64,000 nt of DNA, taken from positions 20,522,001 to 20,586,000 of the forward strand of contig OX597815.1 of the NCBI GenBank assembly GCA_951406725.2, read 5' to 3'. The notes beneath the pieces are model-generated. The model saw only the letters and a program-made list of their open reading frames with translations, did not search any database and was not told the DNA's origin. Below are positions 55,575 through 64,000 of the stretch, piece by piece. Source of the stretch: Octopus vulgaris. Lineage: Eukaryota. The position numbers and the translations under genes are program-made. Each line of letters opens with the position of its first letter. Position 1 is the first letter of the stretch.

Positions 55575-56095
55575 CAATGTCAGTCTGCTCAATCTGCTCT
55601 ACGAAAGAGGTTCACGAGTCTTTTTCCATAGAATGCTTCGTAGGTTGGCTAAAGCCTGCCTCTCCTTTTCAGTTGAAGTCTTGCATTTGATGGTTCGAAG
55701 CTCCTGCCGGAGCTAGCGTATAGCTATTTCTTTATTACCCACAAGGGGCTAAATATAGAGGGGACAAACAAGGACAAACATAGGTATTAAGTCGATTACA
55801 TCGACCCCAGTGCGTAACTGGTACTTAATTTATGAACCCAGAAAGGATGAAAGGCAAAGTCGACCTCGGTGGGTAGTTCTCTCGTCCATATTGTACTAGT
55901 GGCTTTGGCGTCAACCTTCTCAAAATGGCAAATCATTCGGAGGCATATCTGGCAATTATAACAAACACTGCCTGAAGCCGATTTCTTGGCTGTATCTTCA
56001 ATGAGGTGTTAGCTTCATATTTACTAAATTGCAGACTTTTGTTCTTGCTATAAGTCTGTGGGCCACTGAATCCGCTTCTGGCTGGTGAACTATTC
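55575..56095 (-). mobile_element. HERO/NeSL-like RLE LINE relic, interrupted by a partial SINE A (55726-55870)
   Basis: QKRIQWPT, RLQAVFVIIARYASE*F, LRQELRTIK...EKERQALANLRSIL..K...RRA; assignment is from recalled similarity. Confidence 0.55.
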
Positions 56096-56168
56096 TGAAC
56101 TGGCTGTGCCCCAGCGTGGCCACAGCCTTTGAGCTGAAATGCATAAAACAATAAAAAAGAATATATAT

Positions 56169-56495
56169 GGTAAGTGTCTTCTACTATAGACCCGGGCCGA
56201 CCAATGCCTTGTGAGTGGATTTGGTAGACGGAAACTGAAAGAAGCCTGTCGTATATATGTATATATATATGTGTGTGCGTGTGTTTGTGTTTGTCCCCCT
56301 AGCATTGCTTGACAACCGATGCTGGTGTGTTTACGTCCCCGTCACTTAGCGGTTCGGCAAAAGAGACCGATAGAATAAGTACTGGGCTTACAAAGAATAA
56401 GTCTCGGGGTCGATTTGCTCGACTAAAGGCGGTGCTCCAGCATGGCCGCAGTCAAATGACTGAAACAAGTAAAAGAGTAAAAGAGTAAAAAGAGT
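56169..56495 (+). mobile_element. SINE family B, 5'-truncated
   Basis: Family B consensus with (GTAAAAGA)n tail. Confidence 0.9.
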
Positions 56496-56586
56496 AATAT
56501 GCGTTTAATTATGTATGTATGTATGTATGTATGTATGTATGTATGTATGTATGTATGTATGTATGTATGTATGTATGTATGTATGT

Positions 56587-56730
56587 ATTGGACGCTCAGG
56601 AAAGAAGGAAAGAAGGAGGTTTTAACGTTTCGAGCGGAGCTCTTCGTCAGAAACATAGGAGAAGGAAAGTTCCAGAGAAGGGAAGACAGAGGAAAAAAAT
56701 CGCCAACGGTACACACGCGGTCACATTTTC
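56587..56730 (-). mobile_element. Penelope-like pseudo-LTR remnant with minimal hammerhead (56619-56654)
   Basis: GTTT-CTGACGAa-GAGCtccGCTC-GAAA-cgt-TA-AAAC; embedded in (TATG)n. Confidence 0.72.
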
Positions 56731-56731
56731 A

Positions 56732-56764
<33 letters not shown>

Positions 56765-56919
56765 TGTATGTATGTATGTATGTATGTATGTATGTATGTA
56801 TGTATATGTATGTGAGTGAAGTAGATGCATGCACACACACACACACACACACACACATAAATATACATGTACAGATACATACGTATATATTGTAAATAGT
56901 TTTGTCTCCATTTATATAT

Positions 56920-56980
<61 letters not shown>

Positions 56981-58147
56981 GACGCGCGGACACACAGACA
57001 TTATACACACACATAAAATATAAATATATAAAATAAATGAAAAAGAAATAAACAATACACGGAGTACATACCGCTGTAGTGATGGAACAATAACTACAAC
57101 ATCAACAAAAGACAAACCATAATACCAATCCTGTTGGAATTCATGACTACCAGTGAAATTTTTATCTAAAAAAAAAATATAAAAAACGGGAGAAAAGATC
57201 TAAAACAATAAAAAAAAACACGGAACAAAACTCCCCAAAATAACGAAAGAAATAAAAGAAAGAAATAGAGAGATCGAAGAAAAAATTCGAAAAGCAAATA
57301 TTACGTATGAACAATCAGTCAAACAACCTATACAAATATATGATAATACATGTATTCATGCTGACATGCGCACAAGTTGGCTGTTTCGTTAGGTTCAATA
57401 GCCTTTGAATTGATGAAAATGGGTCTGTGTTGTTGATGGTTCCCGAGGGAGTGTTTTTACTGACAAACAGCAAAAGTCAGAGTGTGCAGTTTGATCAATG
57501 TTGGCAAAGGATACACACACACAACTGGTGGACACAGTATAACAAAAGTGGCTTGGAGTCTTGTGAATACTGACCCTTGGGGATTGACTTCAATAAAATG
57601 AGATTGAGTACAACGGACATAGCCGTAGCAAGAGTGGTGATAGCAGAGACAACGGGTCAATGAAATAGAATAAATAAAAAGGAGTGACTGTTATCATATA
57701 ACATAAGGTATGCAATGAACTGGCAGAAGAGTGAAGTTTCTAGCGATTGTTAGGAAGAAGGGAGCGGAAGTGTTATTCCACTTTGTTTTGTGTATTGTTT
57801 TATGTGAGAGTGATTTTTGTTTGTTTTTGTTTTCTATTTTCTTCATTTCTTACGAATGCATTAATAATCAGAAATGCTACAGAAGTGTTAATAGTCATGC
57901 AACCATCACTGGCACACAGCTCTCTCCTGTTGTATACAAGACCATGTTTACCGATTATTGCAGGTCTACTTGTCTGTATGTATGTATACATGTATGTATG
58001 TATACATGTATGTATGTATATGTGTGCGTGCGTCCATACGTGGGTGTGAGTGGATGGATGTGCTTGTGTATGTATATATGTATGTCTATAATATATATGC
58101 ATATTTGTGTGTGTGTGTCTCTGCATATAGCTGTGTATGTAATTACA

Positions 58148-58214
<67 letters not shown>

Positions 58215-58267
58215 CTTAATTTTTTCACTAGTTTCAGCCAGAAGCTGGGGCAATGCTGGAGCACCAA

Positions 58268-58342
<75 letters not shown>

Positions 58343-58412
58343 TCATATATACAATTGTATATATATTTAAACATACACCCTCATGTAACTCATATACATA
58401 CATGCGTATATG

Positions 58413-58462
<50 letters not shown>

Positions 58463-58561
58463 CAAAGATTCATATATACATATGTATATATATATTATGT
58501 ATGTATATATATATTTATATATTTAAACATACACCCTCATATAACTCATACACATACATGC

Positions 58562-58595
<34 letters not shown>

Positions 58596-59065
58596 ATATA
58601 TATATATATATGCATATGCATGCCTATGCATATGAATACATGTATGCTTGTATTTATGCACATATATGTGCGTACTTACGTACATATACACATACATATA
58701 CACGCACATACACACACGCACGCACACACACACACATACATATGACTCATGTAATGTCATGTCATGTAATCTGTTGTATTAATACGAACATCCACCATCA
58801 ACAGCAGCACCAGCATCAGCACCACCACCAACATCACAACAAGGGTTACAGTCTTCCTCCTCCTTCTCTTTCTCATCTCTTCTTCCCTTTTTCTCTCCTA
58901 TTCTTCATCATCATTCACTGGTGTCTTCGACGTCGGCTCGTTGTTGTTGCGCTTCAGCGGTGAATGTTATGTAGGGTACAATAACCAGAGGACCAGTGGT
59001 GTCTTGAACCAGCCAAGAGAATACCTACGCGACCCACTCAATCTGCTAGAAATAACAGCTAAATC

Positions 59066-59480
59066 GGATCTTTTCGGTTTGAACGGCAGTTTTTTTTCTA
59101 GCGGTGTCATATGAAATTGTCACCCATAATTATGACCCTAGTATCGATCTATTGCATTTTAATCTGTTTAGGGTTAGGGGTGGGGGAAGGGTATCTTTTT
59201 TTTCTTCACAAATGTAAATAAACCCAATCTGTTTCTTAAACGAGGGACATATTCATACGGCACAGAATGTTTTTTTTTACCGCAGTACACGTCATTGATT
59301 GGTTGAAATTGCAGAAACTGAAGAAAAAAACAACAAATGTCTTACAAATTTATAGAAGTTTCTCAATAAGGCCAAGAGAAAAAGAGGGTTTATAAACACA
59401 TTTTACCAGTATACGAAGTTTAAAATTTTTTAGTTACCTAGAAATTATATTAAAAACTGCCGTTCAAACCGAAAGGATCC
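59066..59480. mobile_element. MITE, second copy (opposite orientation), 8-bp TSD
   Basis: TSD GCTAAATC at 59058-59065 and 59481-59488; same TIRs as 27792-28238. Confidence 0.93.
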
Positions 59481-60420
59481 GCTAAATCTCGTTCAAATTT
59501 CACGACACAATATTAGAAAAGAATACATTGAAAAATGTGGTTTCCTGCTCGTAGTAACAAAAAGAAAAAAAAAACCCGACGGAATGGTCACGGCTGGAAT
59601 GCTTTTGAACTTTATTTAGATCAGACGGAGCTGATTTGGGATTAAACAACAACAGCAACAATAGCAAAAACAACAACAAATGATGTTTCATCTATCCACG
59701 CTCTAATGAAGGCGACGAACAGACAGAATGTTGAATAAGACGGCATGGTATTCTGGTTCTTTGAATTCTGTGTTCAAATTCAGCCGAGGTTAATTTTGCC
59801 TTTCTGGCTTCAGGGTAAATAAATTCTTTCCATTTTAGGCAAAAAGCTTGACATTTTGGTGAGTGGAGTTTTTTTTCGAAAACATCAATTATTTGGTTGT
59901 TACTTATTTAATCGACTCAACCTCTGTAGAATTTGAACGTGAAACGTCAGCCGAAAGAAATATTATATGGCTGAGAATTCTTTCCAACGTGCTAACGACT
60001 CTCCCTGCTCGTTTCCCTTTTTAGGGACGAATAAATAAGGTACCGTCCAAGTACTAGGACAAATTTCTTAGAGATTATCGTTCGCATTGCGGCTCAGCCA
60101 CACCTTTGATTACCAATGTATGGAAACGACAACAGAGAAAGAGAAAGTTTCTGCTTTCAACTTTTTCTAACATTGGTCGATAAATTTATAATAGTAATAT
60201 ACAACGGGAGAACGATAGACCGTAACCAACGCCCTTGCTCTTTATAGCCTTAGATAGTTATTATCATCATCATTACCATCAGCATCTTTATCCTCATTAC
60301 CGTCGCCGTACTTATTTTATCACCCCTTAAAGGATGAAAGCAAAGTCGATCTTGCGGCACTTTGAATTCAGCTTATAAAGACGGACGAAATGCCGCTATG
60401 AATTTTGCCTAGTGTATACC

Positions 60421-60651
60421 TATTTCTTTATTACCCACAAGGGGCTAAACATAGAGGGGACAAACAAGGACAGACATAGGTATTAAGTCAATTACATCGA
60501 CGTCAGTGCGTAACTGGTACTTAATTTACCGACCCCGAAAGGATGAAAAGCAAAGTCGACCTCGGCGGAATTTGAACTCAGAACGTAACGACAGACGAAA
60601 TACGGCTACGCATTTCGCCCAGCGTGCTAACGATTCTGCCAGCTCGCTGCC
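60421..60651 (-). mobile_element. SINE family A, full length
   Basis: Reverse complement of the family A consensus. Confidence 0.9.
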
Positions 60652-61151
60652 TTAACCTTAGGCTAGACAATATCAGTCAACTCACCTAAGTACTAACCGA
60701 TGAGGGGGCTCCTTAGAGCTAACCCTACTTGCCAAAATAGAAAAAGTTTATATATCAATAAAACATAAAAACGGACAAAGTGGTCAATATAAATATCTCC
60801 ACTGAGAGACGGGATGGCTCTGGCTAGGATGTCTTTGATCATAACTTAAGGATAGTCTGGTGTTAAACAACAATAACAATCACTAAATCATCCATTACTA
60901 TTTCGATCCTTACGTACGCCATGCCTATACCTCAATTACTGGTGTTCTACAAACAATCAATTAACATTGTATTAACATTGCTCTGACACTATGCAGACAC
61001 TGTATTCAGCACGGCAATGCTGTATTAAAGGGATATATCGTTGGAGTGTCGGAGTTTGCTCTGACACTCTGCGTTATAAGTTCAAATCCAGTCAACTTAC
61101 ACTTTGTCTTTCATCGCTTCAAGGTCAACAAAAAGCGGTGCGCATGCGCGA

Positions 61152-61203
<52 letters not shown>

Positions 61204-61348
61204 GAAAGACAAACAGACACACACACATATACAGTCATGTAATATATATATACATATACAACTAGATAACCCGAATTCTGCATTCTACATTCTGCATACA
61301 TGATGCAGATGTATATTTATGCATACGAAAGTGCGTGATGGGGACATA

Positions 61349-61389
<41 letters not shown>

Positions 61390-61392
<3 letters not shown>

Positions 61393-61725
61393 CAAGTAAT
61401 AAGAGAGAGAATCCACATGTCGTCTCTCTAACGCTAGATATAGATCCGCAATAGGGAATCCACCACTAAAGAATTGTTCTCAAGCATTAATTCAGCTTAC
61501 ATTCTTGGCGTGTCGAATTAATGCTTGAGAACAATTCTTTAGTGGTGGATTCCCTTTGCGGATCTATTTCTAGCGTTAGAGTGACCACATGTGGTCTCTC
61601 TCTCTTATTACTTGTATTAATAATTTTTACTGTATCCCAGTTTTTTTACGCTAGGCCACTTGGTGTTTTGAATTGGTGTTATTAATTAATATTCAATTTT
61701 TTTCACCCTTATTGTGATTTTAATT
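61390..61725. mobile_element. Fold-back element between (TA)n tracts
   Basis: ~104-bp arms 61390-61493 and 61515-61617, 21-nt spacer; the right arm extends to ~61725. Confidence 0.7.
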
Positions 61726-61739
61726 ATATATATTATATA

Positions 61740-61788
<49 letters not shown>

Positions 61789-61797
61789 GTATGTATA

Positions 61798-61835
<38 letters not shown>

Positions 61836-61966
61836 TATGCCTATACATACATATTATATATATATATATATATAAATATATAATGTATAGATATATGTAT
61901 ACACACACATATACCCGTACATGCATATATATCCATATACACAAATACATACATGTGCGTGAGTGT

Positions 61967-62035
<69 letters not shown>

Positions 62036-62459
62036 TGTTCAGTCGCCTGTATGTGTGTTTGAATGTTTTTAGACATATATTATACGCACACATATTATAC
62101 CAAATATTGACTGTCTACTCTGAGTTTCACCCTGGTCTGGACTTGTAACGTGAGAGACACAGCTGGGACGGAACCCAGAGTAGTGCGTCGACTTTTGAAA
62201 CAATAATCTTATCTCTCCACTCTAGATAATGTAGTGAGTTCCGTAGCAGATATTGTTAAAGTGCACTTTAATATACTTTACAACACTTTATGATATTTCT
62301 ACTTTATGATAGTTCTACATGTGGTTTGTGCTTGTCTTGCGTGCGTGGGCAACCGTGCACGTGAATATCACTGTATGCTTGTGTGTCTGTAACCGTGTAT
62401 GTGCGCAAGCGCGAATGTATGCGCGCACGTGTACTCTATTCCTTTTCAGTAGAGATAGA

Positions 62460-62503
<44 letters not shown>

Positions 62504-63420
62504 GCCCGCACACATGCGCGCGTACACACACATACTTACATATATGTATGTATACACACACACGTACACAAACACCCATGCACACACACACACAGACACA
62601 CAGACACACACACACACTTGTGTGTATTGATATGCTGCTTTATATATATATTTTTTGCTGCATGTGTGCGTATGTTTGTAAATGTGTGAGCGTATGTGTT
62701 TGTGTATGTTGTGTGAGTTCGTATCATACATAAAATTTGTAGCTCAGATACTCACACAACGCATATGTATGTAATTATAAGCACTCGAATAGAGATATTG
62801 AACGGATTGTGATAGAGAGGAAAGAATATAGAAACAGAAGGATTCATCCTTTTGCCTATTGCAAATATTCACTATCGACAAATGATATCAAAGTATAAAC
62901 ACGACTCTCGAGATTAATATTACTTAACACTTAAAAAAATACCTCTCGTTTACGTTGTCCTTGCATTTCTACTTGTTTTTAGCCTCGGAGTCTCTGGCAG
63001 ACTCCCTTAGGGCAACACCAATCTAGATATTGACCATTATTATTTAGAAATGAAAGGTAAACTCCACGGCTAGAATCGTCAAAGTGTTGCTGAACTATAT
63101 ATTCAGTGAGTGCAGAAATCAATACATATTTATGTTGATATGCTCATATCAAGTGATGGGAAATTCTTCGTTGTTGCTCAACCAGTTAGGCATAGTAGCC
63201 TCGGAGTCGCTTTAAAACTTGCACTCGTTTGTTTGTTTTCACTTTTTTAATGTATGAAAAGGAAGGAAATAATAATATATCTCGTTATTTTTTCGAGATA
63301 TACACTATGCCTGTAAATACGAGGAGGTGTGTTTCCATTGCATATATTGTCTCTTTGTCTCAGACTCAAAGAGATGAACCCAACTCTCATACTGGGTTAG
63401 GAAACGTTCGAGGAAATCAG

Positions 63421-64000
63421 TCAGACATCCTCAAACGATGTTAGGTTTTCCTGTGCTGTGATCATCAAACTGGTGCGCTTTTGATCAGGTTTCAGAAGAC
63501 ATAGCACCCACCGAATAGAAACCTTCGTATTGCTTAATTCATTGTGCAGAGTATTCTCAACACTCTCACAGGACATGCTAATAGCATTGGCTATTTGATT
63601 TATAGTCAATCGCCTGACATCCATCAGCATGTGGTGCGCACGCTCAATGTTTTCCTCAGTGGTAGCAGTTACAGGACATCCAGAGCTTGGGCCATGTTCA
63701 AGATTCTCCCTTCCCCTTCAAAAATTCAGCTGTCCACTTTCACACTGTTCATAAAGCTGGTGTGTCATCCCCTAATGTAGCACGGATGCCATTGGAGGCT
63801 AAATCATTTTTCTGCAGGTACGTGATTACACCACGATGCCAAATTGTGTCCATTTTCAAGAGAAGTCGGTACTGGTTACTTCTGAAGTCTTCTTTGATCA
63901 GTAGCATGTCAGTTTACCTGTAAGGAAACAATGCAATTATTAATAAGTAGAGTTGAAATTAATGCATGCATGCAAAATTTAGTATCACTCCTTCATAGCC
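63421..64000 (-). mobile_element. Mariner transposase relic (5' half)
   Basis: From ATG 63853: MDTIWHRGVITYL...KWTAEF*RGRENLEHGPSSGCP...DVRRLTINQIA...LHNEL..KVSIRWVLCLL (WVPxxL-like); several stops. Confidence 0.9.

Noticed and set aside
58790-58975. Poly-Gln/His stretch suggesting a transcription-factor exon
   Set aside because: Short low-complexity sequence contiguous with microsatellites; no splice pair or domain identified.

Overview
AT-rich, microsatellite-dense eukaryotic DNA. The SINE complement and repeat texture point to an octopus (Octopodidae) genome; this is an inference. I found no supportable intact host protein-coding gene, and nearly all ORFs in the supplied track are microsatellite translations. 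The window is a patchwork of transposable elements. These include tRNA-derived SINEs of several modular families, R4/Dong-type LINE relics and a ~555-bp companion element in (AAT)n arrays, an RTE-type 3' end with two C2H2 fingers, and HERO-like and CR1-like LINE fragments. DNA transposons include Tc1/mariner relics (one DD37D), a Chapaev3 fragment, a complete non-autonomous Helitron and MITEs with 8-bp TSDs. The most notable signal is a set of about ten complete, degenerate or split hammerhead-ribozyme motifs. They sit in short Penelope-like pseudo-LTR remnants of several apparently unrelated families, mostly at (TA)n tracts. In four of these the fold-back junction lies inside the ribozyme itself. 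A few unique islands carry clustered TF motifs or orphan splice signals.
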